DNA of 64,000 nt from Chitiniphilus shinanonensis DSM 23277 (GCF_000374805.1 NZ_KB895335.1:244046-308045), one strand, 5' to 3'; shown: positions 26,813 through 37,564, counted from the stretch's first letter. Notes: a model not told the origin generated them from the letters alone. Numbers and translations are program-made.

Positions 26813-27780
26813 TGCGCTTCTACAGCGACGCGGAGATCCGCCGCGTGTTCACGCCGCAACAGGCGCTGCGGGCCGCGCGCCAGGCGTTCGAGCTGTTGGG
26901 CGACGGCCACTTCGTGTTCTACCCGCGCCAGGTGTACGAATCCCCCACCGGCTTCATCGGCCAGATGCCGGGCTACATCGCCGCCGGCGCGCATCGCGGC
27001 TTCGGGGTGAAGAACATCGTCGTCACCAAGGCCAGGATCGACGGCCTGCCGTCGCATAACGGCGTGGTCACGATCTTCGACCCCGACAGCGGCATGGCCC
27101 AGGCGGCGTTCGACGCCAGCACCATCACCGAATTGCGCACCGCCGCCATGTCCGCCTTCGCCACCGACCGGCTGGCGGCGCCCGGGGCAACGACACTGGC
27201 GCTGCTCGGCGCCGGCGACCAGGCGCGCGCGCACCTGGCGGCCATGCTGGCGATCCGCCCCTTGCGCCGGGTGCGGGTATGGTCGCGCAGCGCCGAAAGC
27301 CGCGAGCGCCTGCTGGCCTGGGCTCGACGCAACGTGCCCGCCGGCTGCGTGGTCGAAGGTTGCGCGGCGGTCGCCACCGCCGTGGCCGACGCCGACATCG
27401 TCTGCACCGTCAGCGGCGCCAGAAGCCCCATCCTGTCCGGCGACATGCTGGCGCCGCATGCGCACGTCAACGCCATCGGCGCCTCGCGCCCCGGCGCCGA
27501 GGAGCTGGACCCGTCGGTGTTCCGCGACGCGACCGTCTACCTCGACTGCCGCGCGGCCTGCCTGGAGGAATCGAGCGAAATCCAGCGCTACCTGGCGCAG
27601 TACGGCGACGCCGCGGCCACCGCCCTGCGCGACGCCTTCGACTTGTGCGCCGACACCGCGCGCCCGGCGCCGGGGCGTACGGTGTTCAAATCGGTCGGCT
27701 TCGCCGCGCAGGACCTGGTGGCGGCACGCAGCATCGAACGACTCTGCCAGGCGGCGTGCCTGCCGCTGATGCCGGCCTGA
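26812..27780 (+). CDS. Ornithine cyclodeaminase / mu-crystallin family NAD-dependent enzyme.
   Basis: LALLGAGDQARAHLAAM Rossmann motif and family-typical length (322 aa). TAATG overlap with the upstream gene. Confidence 0.8.
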   Translation: MRFYSDAEIRRVFTPQQALRAARQAFELLGDGHFVFYPRQVYESPTGFIGQMPGYIAAGAHRGFGVKNIVVTKARIDGLPSHNGVVTIFDPDSGMAQAAFDASTITELRTAAMSAFATDRLAAPGATTLALLGAGDQARAHLAAMLAIRPLRRVRVWSRSAESRERLLAWARRNVPAGCVVEGCAAVATAVADADIVCTVSGARSPILSGDMLAPHAHVNAIGASRPGAEELDPSVFRDATVYLDCRAACLEESSEIQRYLAQYGDAAATALRDAFDLCADTARPAPGRTVFKSVGFAAQDLVAARSIERLCQAACLPLMPA

Positions 27781-27863
27781 GCGCCTTCGCCAGGGGCTCG
27801 GCGCTTCAAAACGGACAGGGGCCTGGCAATGCCAGGCCCCTGTCCGTTTTGCACCCATCGGGA

Positions 27864-28907
27864 TCAATCCACGCGCGGATGCACCGTCACTCGCGCCGCG
27901 CCATCCTCGTCCGCCACCTCGACCCGCACCGGCAGGAAGCGCTCGATCACCATCGCGTTGGTCCGCAGATGCGACGAGGCGCAGGTCGCGGTAAAGCGGC
28001 CGCCACCGGCCAGCGCCAACGGCAACAGCAGTTGATCCGCCAGGTGCTCGCCGACGGCCGCACGGCCGGCGAGGTACTGCCGGGCTTCGCGCGCGGCACG
28101 GTCGGCCACCGCCTCGGCGCTGACGCCGCGTTCGCCGAACGCGGTGAACACTTCGCTCACCTGCTCGTGCACCACCTCGATCAACAGCACGTTGCCGGGG
28201 CCTTCGTCCGGCGGCAGCACGCGCGCTTCGCCGGCCACCTCACCCAGGTGTTGTGTCACGCGCGCCAGTTCGCGCTGGGCGACATGCGCCGGCACCCGCG
28301 CCACCAGCGCCTCGGCCCGCACCTGGCGCAGCGCGCCGCGTTCGGTCAGATCGAGCGGCTGCAATGCCGCGCACGGCGTGACGGAGGCCCGCACCTCGCC
28401 ACCGCCCGCCGGATAGAAGCCGTGGCGCAGCAGCACGAGCTGTTGCTGCACGCCCAGCGTGGCCACCAGCGGCCACCAGGCGCGGATCAGGAAATCGGCT
28501 GGCGGCGCCGCCTGGTTGTGGGTGCCGCCGCTGACCGTCACCGTACTCGGCGCATCGGCGAACCACAGCGCCGGCAGCACCGTCTGCAATACCAGCGTGC
28601 AACTGCCGGCACTGCCGATGGCAAAGCGATAGTCGCCGCCCCGGATCATGCCCGGCACGAAGCTCAGGCGGGTGGAACCCAGCTCGGCGCCCTGCACCGT
28701 CGCGCCGCAGATCGCGGCGGCGGCCTGCACCGCCGTCAGGTGCTGGCGCAGCAGGCCCGGCTTGGCGCGACCGGCGCGGATACGCTCGATGCGGAACGGC
28801 CGGCCGCTGATCGCCGACAGCGTCAGCGCGCTGCGCAACACCTGGCCGCCCCCCTCGCCTTCGGCGCCGTCCAGCGCCAGCCAGTCTTGTTGTTGTGTCG
28901 TTTTCAT
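27864..28907 (-). CDS. rtcA: RNA 3'-terminal phosphate cyclase.
   Basis: [36 protein letters not shown] is a canonical RtcA N-terminus. Confidence 0.85.
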   Translation of the reverse strand: MKTTQQQDWLALDGAEGEGGGQVLRSALTLSAISGRPFRIERIRAGRAKPGLLRQHLTAVQAAAAICGATVQGAELGSTRLSFVPGMIRGGDYRFAIGSAGSCTLVLQTVLPALWFADAPSTVTVSGGTHNQAAPPADFLIRAWWPLVATLGVQQQLVLLRHGFYPAGGGEVRASVTPCAALQPLDLTERGALRQVRAEALVARVPAHVAQRELARVTQHLGEVAGEARVLPPDEGPGNVLLIEVVHEQVSEVFTAFGERGVSAEAVADRAAREARQYLAGRAAVGEHLADQLLLPLALAGGGRFTATCASSHLRTNAMVIERFLPVRVEVADEDGAARVTVHPRVD

Positions 28908-28937
28908 CTTTGCTATGTCGTCGTTGCCCCGGCTCGC

Positions 28938-29732
28938 TCAGTGACTGATCGCCATGCGGTACAGCAGGCGGTCCAGCGCCGCGTCGTCGCCCTCGGGCTT
29001 GTTGAAATCCTGCGGCGCCTGTTCGGTCGCCAGTTCGCGCTCGATGAACGCGTGGATCAGCGGAAAACGCGGGCCATGCTCCGCTTCGCCCGCCGCCATC
29101 TTGATCGCCAGCAGGCGATTGATCTCCGCGCGCAGCGCGTCGTCGGTGACCATCGTCTCGGCCAGTTCGGCGAACCGCATCGGCGGCCGTCCGCGCCCGG
29201 CGTCGATCCAGCGCGCGGCCAGCAACGGCCGCAGCACGTACAGGTACTTCTTCAGGCGCACCGTGTCGCCTTGCAGGTACCCGCGAAAGTTCTTGCGCGC
29301 CATCATCAGGTAATGCCAGCGCCCCTTGCGCTCGGAAAAGAACGCCAGCGCCAACGCGCGCAACGCGGCCGCCGCCTCGTCGTCGGCCCGGTACACCACC
29401 GGCGAATCCAGCCATTCCAGCAAGGTGGGGTTGGAACGGCGCAGCAATTGCAGCGCCTTGCGCAGCTCCCAGCCAGCGATGTCCAGTTCGTCGCTGATCG
29501 GCAGCTCGATCACGTCGCGCTGCGGTTCCACGCGCAGATACCAATCCAGCCGGTGCACGTAGACGAAACGCACGTCGTAGTCGCTGTCCGGCGAGGCGAA
29601 ACCCCAGCCGCGACTGCCCGACTCGCAGGCAAACAGCACCCGCACATCGTGCCGCGCTTCGATCGCGGCCAGTTCATCCATCACCCGCTCGCGCACGACG
29701 GGGTCGATGGGATGGGCGCTCAGTATGGTCAT
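28938..29732 (-). CDS. Pol-beta-superfamily nucleotidyltransferase-domain protein inserted between rtcB and rtcA.
   Basis: RVLFACESGSRGWGFASPDSDYDVRFVY has the hG[GS]...DxD NTase motif. Confidence 0.7.
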   Translation of the reverse strand: MTILSAHPIDPVVRERVMDELAAIEARHDVRVLFACESGSRGWGFASPDSDYDVRFVYVHRLDWYLRVEPQRDVIELPISDELDIAGWELRKALQLLRRSNPTLLEWLDSPVVYRADDEAAAALRALALAFFSERKGRWHYLMMARKNFRGYLQGDTVRLKKYLYVLRPLLAARWIDAGRGRPPMRFAELAETMVTDDALRAEINRLLAIKMAAGEAEHGPRFPLIHAFIERELATEQAPQDFNKPEGDDAALDRLLYRMAISH

Positions 29733-29790
29733 GGTTCTGACTTCCTTCTTTTTGTCTTGTGGAAGGCCCCGACCGCGCAGGCGGTCGGGC

Positions 29791-31005
<1,215 letters not shown>

Positions 31006-31028
31006 GTTCCTGTTCTCTCTATTGCTTT

Positions 31029-31388
31029 CTATTGCTTGGCCAATCCGGCCAGGGCGCGGCGGCGTTGCTGCCGGCAGCCCAGGCAGCGTACGGCGCTGGA
31101 ATACACGTAACCCTTGGCGGTCTCGTACCACCATTGCTGTTGTTCGGCCGTCCAGACCTGGTGGGCGCCGCAATCGCGACAGGTGAACGCCAGGTCCACG
31201 TAGTAGCCGCGTATCACGAAATCCGGCCAGCCGTAGCTGTTGTACGGCGCCAGTTGCGCCGCATCGACCGTGACCGCGCCCTTGGGGCGGGGCTGGGGCG
31301 GCGGGATGCGTGCCGCGGCCGCCTGATCCCGCTTGAGTTTGCGCTGCGCCATGATGGCGGCGCGTTTTTGTTTTCCGCTTTGCATCAT
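31029..31388 (-). CDS. Small basic protein with a CxxC...CxxC zinc-ribbon, immediately upstream of rtcB.
   Basis: CRDCGAH...CLGC pair. Lys/Arg-rich N-terminus. Confidence 0.5.
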   Translation of the reverse strand: MMQSGKQKRAAIMAQRKLKRDQAAAARIPPPQPRPKGAVTVDAAQLAPYNSYGWPDFVIRGYYVDLAFTCRDCGAHQVWTAEQQQWWYETAKGYVYSSAVRCLGCRQQRRRALAGLAKQ

Positions 31389-31430
31389 GTTTTCCTCAGC
31401 GCCCGACGGAAACCGTTCCGCCGGGCGTCG

Positions 31431-32570
31431 CTATACCTTCAGTTTCACCAGTCCGTTCAACAACTGGTCCAGACCACCGAACACGGAGATCCGATCGATG
31501 CGTTCGGCCAGGCGCTCCAGCGTTTCCAACTCCTTGAGCCGCAGCGCGGTGGGGTTGTCTTCCATCACCTTGGCGGTGTTCAGCAGCGAACGGGTGGCGC
31601 CGGTTTCCTCGCGGCGGCGGATCACGTTGGCCTGCGCCGCCTTTTCGGCCTCGACCACTTGCGCCAGCAGCGCCTTCATTTCGCCGGGCAGAACGATGTC
31701 CTTCACCCCCAGGCTGGCCACCCGCACGCCGAAACCGGCCAGTCGGGTAGCGACGTGCTGTCCCACCACGTCGTCGATCACCTGTTTGTTTTCCAGCAGT
31801 TCATCGAGCGTGCGGGTGCCCACGGCGGCGCGCAGTCCGAACTGCAACTCGCGGTAAACGTGTTCCAGCGGCTTGGGCAGGCGCGAGAACGCCAGTTCCA
31901 CGTCGTCGAACAACCAGTTGGCCGCCAGGTTGATCCGCAGGCTGACCTTGTCACGGGTGAGGATTTCCTGGCCGGTGATTTCCATCGCCTGTAACCGGGT
32001 ATCCACCAGATCGACCGCCACGTCGCGGTTGAAGCGCCAGTACGCATAGCGCCCCGGCTGCAACAGCGTCACGCGCTGACCGTTCACCCGCAGCACGCCC
32101 ACCTGCCCATCCGGCACCAATACGTTCAGCACCGCGCCCAGGCCGACGATGGCCTTGCCGCGCAACGCCGGTTGCGCGATCCGCGCCAGCAGATCGGCCG
32201 GCACCGTCCAATCCTGCGTCAGATCGATGCGCTCGAAGCGTTGCGGCATCGCAGCCTTCCAGTACATCCGACGCGAACCGGGCGGCACGATCTCGACCAG
32301 GGTGTCGTTCTCGAAGCGCAGGCCGGCTTCGTTGTCGCCCAGATCGAACACGTCGAAGTGCTCGGCCACCACGGCCGGTTCGTACTGGCGCAGGTATTCG
32401 GCCAGCGGGTGTTCGAACAGCGCTTCGGTCAGCGGATAGGTGCAGGCGCTGAAGCGTGGGCGCAGCCCGGCGCGCAGATAGGTGCCGGGGTTCAACACGG
32501 CGACAAAGTCGCCATCGCGCAGCAGCAGCGCGCGTTCGTTCTTACGAACCAGGAATCGTTGCAGCATCAT
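31431..32570 (-). CDS. SPFH/band-7 (slipin-like) protein.
   Basis: Band-7 core plus C-terminal coiled coil (MKALLAQVVEAEKAAQANVIRRREETGATRSLLNTAKV). Confidence 0.8.
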   Translation of the reverse strand: MMLQRFLVRKNERALLLRDGDFVAVLNPGTYLRAGLRPRFSACTYPLTEALFEHPLAEYLRQYEPAVVAEHFDVFDLGDNEAGLRFENDTLVEIVPPGSRRMYWKAAMPQRFERIDLTQDWTVPADLLARIAQPALRGKAIVGLGAVLNVLVPDGQVGVLRVNGQRVTLLQPGRYAYWRFNRDVAVDLVDTRLQAMEITGQEILTRDKVSLRINLAANWLFDDVELAFSRLPKPLEHVYRELQFGLRAAVGTRTLDELLENKQVIDDVVGQHVATRLAGFGVRVASLGVKDIVLPGEMKALLAQVVEAEKAAQANVIRRREETGATRSLLNTAKVMEDNPTALRLKELETLERLAERIDRISVFGGLDQLLNGLVKLKV

Positions 32571-32824
32571 TTTTTCTTTTCCTTTTTTCAGTAGCGCCGT
32601 TGGCGGCGCAAAAGCCGGCGGGCGCGGGTCTGGCCGGGCCGTCGCATGACCAGCCGGGGGCCACTCGCATTGCGCCGGGCTGTCACGCGGACACCGTTGC
32701 CACCAGTGCCGCGCTCAGCGCAGAGCGCCTTGCGATGGGCTGCCGGGTGGCGATACGCCAGCCGGGCCAGACCCGCGGCAGTGTTGCCACCGCGCCGGGT
32801 ACTTCGTTTGCACAACACCGGGAA

Positions 32825-33050
32825 GGTGTTTCGGGCGGGAGTCGAACCCGCTACACACGGCTTTTGGCCGTTGCTCTACCCATGAGCTTCCGAGGGAGCG
32901 ACGTCGGGAATCGAACCCAGACGGGACACCAGTCGTCGCGCTGACTGTGCTTCGTTGCGGCGGTACACGCGGGATCGACCCACGATGCCTGCGTGCCGGT
33001 GCGGTATCTGAACCGCTTACCCCAGGGCGCACACCGTTGCGGCAGTCACC
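32825..33050 (-). ncRNA. Candidate structured leader/ncRNA with a tRNA-like module: YrlA/Y-RNA-like element of the rtc operon.
   Basis: On the minus strand: a D-arm GCTC-ATGGGTA-GAGC, an anticodon-like hairpin ACGG-CCAAAAG-CCGT and a perfect T-arm GCGGG-TTCGACT-CCCGC. Only a 4-bp acceptor pairing and no CCA. Two further T-arm-like hairpins (GGGTTCGATTCCC, GGGTCGATCCC). Lies directly downstream of a sigma54-like promoter and upstream of the SPFH gene. Confidence 0.4.
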
Positions 33051-33060
33051 GATAGGGTTA

Positions 33061-33076
33061 GCGAAAGCCGTGCCAG
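33061..33076 (-). promoter_or_regulatory. Candidate sigma54 (-24/-12) promoter for the rtc operon.
   Basis: Minus-strand sequence cTGGCACggcttTCGCt: GG/GC elements with correct 5-nt spacing, one mismatch in the -12 box. Divergent from rtcR, as in E. coli and Salmonella. Confidence 0.45.
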
Positions 33077-33211
33077 GTGCTTGGCGATAAGCAAAAATCC
33101 ACCAACTCTTTGTTTTTAATTGGTTTTAAATTCAACCGTCGCAGCCCGGCCATATGGCACCCCCGAAAATTCATATATCATCAGATCGTTTTTTATCTTT
33201 TCAGATAACCA

Positions 33212-34798
33212 ATGAAGAAGACCGTGGTCATCGGCTTTGTCGGGACAGTGCTCGATTACGCCGGCAAGGGCGGGCAGCGCTGGGACAAGTGGCGGCCGAG
33301 CGTGGGGCTGTGTCAGCAGGACGATCTGCTGGTGGATCGGCTGGAGCTGCTGCACGACAGCCGCAGCCGGGGCCTGTTCGAACGCCTGCGCCAGGACATC
33401 GCCGCCGTCTCGCCCGGCACCGAGGTGCGCAGCGTGGAGATCAACCTGCGCAACCCCTGGGATTTCGAGGAGGTCTATGGCGCGCTGCACGATTTCGCGC
33501 GCGGCTATGCCTTCGACGCCGACCACGAGGACTACCTGATCCACATCACCACCGGCACCCACGTGGCGCAGATCTGCTGGTTCCTGCTGGCGGAGGCGCG
33601 CTACCTGCCGGCGCGGCTGGTGCAGACTTCGCCGCCGGTACAGCGCCGCGAGGAGGGCGTGGCCGGCAGCTACGCGCTGATCGATCTCGATCTCTCGCGC
33701 TACGACAAGATCGCCACCCGCTTCGCCCGCGAGCAGGCGGAAACGGTGTCGTTCCTCAAATCGGGCATCGCCACGCGCAATGCGCGCTTCAACCGGATGA
33801 TCGAGCAGATCGAGCGGGTGGCGGTGCGCTCGAAGGCGCCGATGCTGCTGTGCGGCCCCACCGGTGCCGGCAAGTCGTTCCTGGCGCGGCGCATCTACGA
33901 ACTGAAGAAGGCACGCCACCAGTTGAACGGGCGCTTTGTCGAGGTCAACTGCGCGACGCTGCGCGGCGACAACGCGATGTCGGCGCTGTTCGGCCATGTG
34001 CGCGGCGCCTTCACCGGTGCGCAGGCCGAGCGCGCGGGCCTGCTGCGCAGCGCCGACGGCGGGCTGCTGTTCCTGGACGAGATCGGCGAACTGGGGCTGG
34101 ACGAGCAGGCGATGCTGCTCAAGGCCATCGAGGAGAAGCGCTTCTTTCCCTTCGGCAGCGACCGCGAGGCGGACAGCGATTTCCAGTTGATCGCGGGCAC
34201 CATGCGCGATCTGGGGCAATGGGTGGCCAGCGGGCGCTTCCGCGAGGACCTGTACGCGCGGATCAACCTGTGGACCTACACCCTGCCGGGGCTGGCCGAG
34301 CGCGCCGAGGATCTCGAACCCAACCTGGAGTTCGAACTGGCGCGTTATGCCCGCGAATACGGCGAACAGGTGCGTTTCAACGCCGAGGCGCGTCACGCCT
34401 ACCTGAAATTCGCCATGTCGCCCGACGCGGCATGGAGCGGCAACTTCCGCGAACTGTCGGCCTCGGTGACGCGGATGGCGACGCTGGCGGAGGCCGGGCG
34501 CATCACCGAGGCGGTGGTCGACGAGGAACTGGCGCGTCTGCGCCAGGGCTGGCGCACCCAGCGCGATTCGCCGTTGCGCGCCCTGATGGGCGAGCGCTTC
34601 GAGCAGCTGGACCTGTTCGACCAGTTGCAACTGGAAAGCGTGGCCGCCGTGTGCCGACAGGCCGCATCGCTATCCGACGCCGGGCGGCGGCTGTTCGGCG
34701 TCTCGCGCCAGGACAAGGCCAGACCCAACGACGCGGATCGGCTGCGCAAGTACCTGGCGCGCTACGACCTGAGCTGGCAGCAGCTGCATTCGTCCTAG
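33212..34798 (+). CDS. rtcR: Sigma54-dependent transcriptional regulator RtcR (CARF sensor domain, AAA+ domain and HTH).
   Basis: N-terminal CARF-like domain (MKKTVVIGFVGTVLDYAG...). Walker A GPTGAGKS and GAFTGA sigma54-contact motif. Confidence 0.9.
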   Translation: MKKTVVIGFVGTVLDYAGKGGQRWDKWRPSVGLCQQDDLLVDRLELLHDSRSRGLFERLRQDIAAVSPGTEVRSVEINLRNPWDFEEVYGALHDFARGYAFDADHEDYLIHITTGTHVAQICWFLLAEARYLPARLVQTSPPVQRREEGVAGSYALIDLDLSRYDKIATRFAREQAETVSFLKSGIATRNARFNRMIEQIERVAVRSKAPMLLCGPTGAGKSFLARRIYELKKARHQLNGRFVEVNCATLRGDNAMSALFGHVRGAFTGAQAERAGLLRSADGGLLFLDEIGELGLDEQAMLLKAIEEKRFFPFGSDREADSDFQLIAGTMRDLGQWVASGRFREDLYARINLWTYTLPGLAERAEDLEPNLEFELARYAREYGEQVRFNAEARHAYLKFAMSPDAAWSGNFRELSASVTRMATLAEAGRITEAVVDEELARLRQGWRTQRDSPLRALMGERFEQLDLFDQLQLESVAAVCRQAASLSDAGRRLFGVSRQDKARPNDADRLRKYLARYDLSWQQLHSS

Positions 34799-35175
34799 TG
34801 CCAGCAGTCGGGCAGCGTGGCGCCGCCGCCACAGCACCACGCCGGGGGTCTCCGCCGTGGCGACGCCCTTCGCCGACCACGCCAAGCATGTCGGTGTAAG
34901 GTGGCCCAAGCCATTGTGCGCACCATTGATTATCGCCAAGACGGCTGCGGCCCCGACAATAGGCGGGCCATGACAACCGCTACCCATCACCGCCGCAAGC
35001 TCCGCGATGCAGAAGCGTGACCTCGAGAACACGGTGATTGGAGGGGTCGCGTAACGTTGCCAATGCAAAAATTTGCACGGTCGAACGACCGACGTCAGCC
35101 CCCCGTCATCCCTGCCTTGAAGGGCCTGGTGAATCGCGGTAGTCTCGAATCACCCCCTGCAAAACGACTCCCGCC

Positions 35176-36186
35176 ATGCAACCGGCCGTTATCGCCGATA
35201 TCGCGCACCTGATCAACGAGAGTGTCCGGCTCACCTACGCCGAACCGCACGCTTCGCTCAAGTTGGCCGAGCAGGCAAGCCGCCTAGCCCCTTCCTGTCC
35301 GGATCCATTGCTGGCGGCCACCGCGTGGCAACGCTATGGCAACATGCTGTTCGCCTTCGGCCAGATCCCCGAAGGGCAGATGGCCCACCTGAAAGCGCTG
35401 ACCATCGCCGAGACCGAAGACCTGCGCGCGCTGCGCGGCGAACTGTTGCAGGAGCTGGCCGGCGCCTACTACACCCAGGGCAATTTCGACGAGGCGATCG
35501 ACTACTGGGCGGATTGCCTGGAGGCCGACGCCGACTTCTCCACCGAAACGCGCATCTACGCCTACATCGGGCTGGGGCAGGTGTATTTCGCCCACGAGCA
35601 GTTCATGGCCGCACTGAGTCAGCACCTGAACGCACAGGCGCTCACCCGCGACCACATGACGCTGGAGTTGCGGGCTCGGGTGCTGATCAATCTGGCCGCG
35701 GACCAGATCGCGCTGCACCGCTGGGCCGACGCGGGCGAGACACTGGATCGGGCCTGGCCGCTGGCGCTGGAGGACGGACACAAGGAATACCAGGGCGAGA
35801 TCCTGGTCTACCGCGCCGAAGTGGCGCTGGGCCTGGGCGATACTGCCACCGCCTGGCACTTCGTGGCGCAGGCCGAGCAGTTGCGCCGTGTCTGGCATTG
35901 GGGCGAAACCTCGGAGCTGATGCTCAAGTCGCGCATCCTGCTGGCCGAAGGCCGCGTCGATGCGGCGCTCCAGGCGATCCATCACGCGCTCGATCGTTCC
36001 AACGAGACCGGCACCGGCCACAAGACCTTCAAGGCCCACCACCTGCTGGCACAGATTTACCGCGAGCTGGGCGACCAGCCCGCGGCAGAACACCATCACC
36101 GGTTGTACCAGGAAGCCTACAAGCGCATCGTCAGTACCAGTTCATACAACAAGCTTCAGGCCCTGGAACAACGCCTCGCGCACTGA
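35176..36186 (+). CDS. TPR-repeat protein (paralog 1 of 3).
   Basis: Shares motifs with the next two genes: AYIGLGQVYFAHEQF / AHIGLGQLRYAHQHF / ALIGIGQIYFAHQDF. Confidence 0.7.
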   Translation: MQPAVIADIAHLINESVRLTYAEPHASLKLAEQASRLAPSCPDPLLAATAWQRYGNMLFAFGQIPEGQMAHLKALTIAETEDLRALRGELLQELAGAYYTQGNFDEAIDYWADCLEADADFSTETRIYAYIGLGQVYFAHEQFMAALSQHLNAQALTRDHMTLELRARVLINLAADQIALHRWADAGETLDRAWPLALEDGHKEYQGEILVYRAEVALGLGDTATAWHFVAQAEQLRRVWHWGETSELMLKSRILLAEGRVDAALQAIHHALDRSNETGTGHKTFKAHHLLAQIYRELGDQPAAEHHHRLYQEAYKRIVSTSSYNKLQALEQRLAH

Positions 36187-36559
36187 GTGCGGCGAACAAG
36201 ACCAAGCGTGGCGGTTCTGGCAACACGTGCGAAACGCAGACAGTACAAGGCGTATGGCAAGTGAGCCCAACGCAGCCAGAAGGGTTTTGGCCGCACTGAA
36301 CCGTGCCGTACTCCCAGCGTCGTACGGGGGGCGTCACGGCATCGATCGGGCAGCCCTGTGCGGCCCGACCCGAAACCGCTTTCACCGGGTATCGCACCGA
36401 CGATGCCCGTGAGGCGTTGCCCCCGCGGAGCCCCATGATCTCGCCCGTTCCAGCCATCGCCCCCGCCGCCCCCATCAGCCCAGCGTGCCCTCCCGGCGCG
36501 CGTCTTGGGGGCCGACAAGGCGCGTGGTACGCTTCAGGCCTGCCCGCTGCCCGATCACG

Positions 36560-37564
36560 ATGACCGACCTCCCCACCCTGCTGCAACGCGCCAGGAAGCT
36601 GGTGCACCATCAAAGCGCCGAAGCCATGGCCCTGGCCACCCAGGCGCGCCAGCTCGCCCAGGCCGAGCACGACGCCCGTGGCGAATCGCTGGCGCTGACC
36701 CTCTTCGCCCACGGCCTGTTCATGTTCGGCCGCTCGCACGAGGCGCAGGACACGCTGCTCGAAGCACTGGTACTGGGTGAACAGCAGGACATCGGCACCT
36801 CGCGGGGCGAAGCGTTGCAACTGGCGGCGCGGGTCGCCTATACGCTGGGCGACTACGATCGCGCCACCGATTGCTGGTGCGCGTGCATCGAGCTGGACGA
36901 CAGCGGCATCGGCACCGCCGAACGCATCCAGGCCCACATCGGTCTGGGCCAGCTGCGTTACGCGCATCAGCACTTCGAGCTGGCGCTGGCGCATCACCAG
37001 CGCGCCGCCGAGCTGGCCGAAGCCTGCGACAACGTCTATCTGACCTGCACCAGCTTCATCAATATCGCGGCCGACCTGGTGCAACTGGGCCGCTCCGCCG
37101 AAGCGGTCGACATCCTGAAGAAGACGCTGCCGCTGGTGCGCGCCGACCAGAACTACCAGTTCGAGGCGGAGATCTTCGGCATGTTCGGCCAGATCCGCAT
37201 GCAGGCCGGCGAGTACGAAGCCGCGCGCATGAGCCTGATGGTGGCGCTGAAGATCAACCGCCTGCACATCAATACCTGGGGCGAGGCGTCGGTGCTGCTG
37301 CGGCTGGGCCGGTGCAGCCTGGAGACCGACGAGCTGGAAATGGCCGCCGAGCAGTTCGAGCGGGCGCGCCTGTTGGCCGAGTCGATGGGCTCGCTGCCGC
37401 TGCTGGCCGAGCTGGAGCAATCGTTCGCCGAGCTGTACCTGCGTAGCGGCGATGCCGCCAGCGCCGCACAGCACCAGGCCCAGTACGAGCAGCTGCGGCA
37501 GAAGTTGTTGCAGCAGACGCAGTGCTCCCGTTTCGCCACGCTGGAGTTGAAGCTGCTGGAGTAG
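36560..37564 (+). CDS. TPR-repeat protein (paralog 2 of 3).
   Basis: Real ATG at 36560 inside ORF 36485..37564. Confidence 0.7.
   Translation: MTDLPTLLQRARKLVHHQSAEAMALATQARQLAQAEHDARGESLALTLFAHGLFMFGRSHEAQDTLLEALVLGEQQDIGTSRGEALQLAARVAYTLGDYDRATDCWCACIELDDSGIGTAERIQAHIGLGQLRYAHQHFELALAHHQRAAELAEACDNVYLTCTSFINIAADLVQLGRSAEAVDILKKTLPLVRADQNYQFEAEIFGMFGQIRMQAGEYEAARMSLMVALKINRLHINTWGEASVLLRLGRCSLETDELEMAAEQFERARLLAESMGSLPLLAELEQSFAELYLRSGDAASAAQHQAQYEQLRQKLLQQTQCSRFATLELKLLE

Noticed and set aside
32715-33032. 105-aa minus-strand ORF
   Set aside because: It is simply the translation of the tRNA-like structured region. The repeated GFDS peptides come from GGTTCGA T-arm motifs. It has no start context and no protein-like composition.
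32825-33050. Possibility that the tRNA-like element is a functional tRNA gene
   Set aside because: The acceptor stem pairs for only 4 bp. There is no 3' CCA or discriminator context and no U33. Anticodon AAA would be unusual. So it is a tRNA mimic or decayed copy rather than a canonical tRNA.
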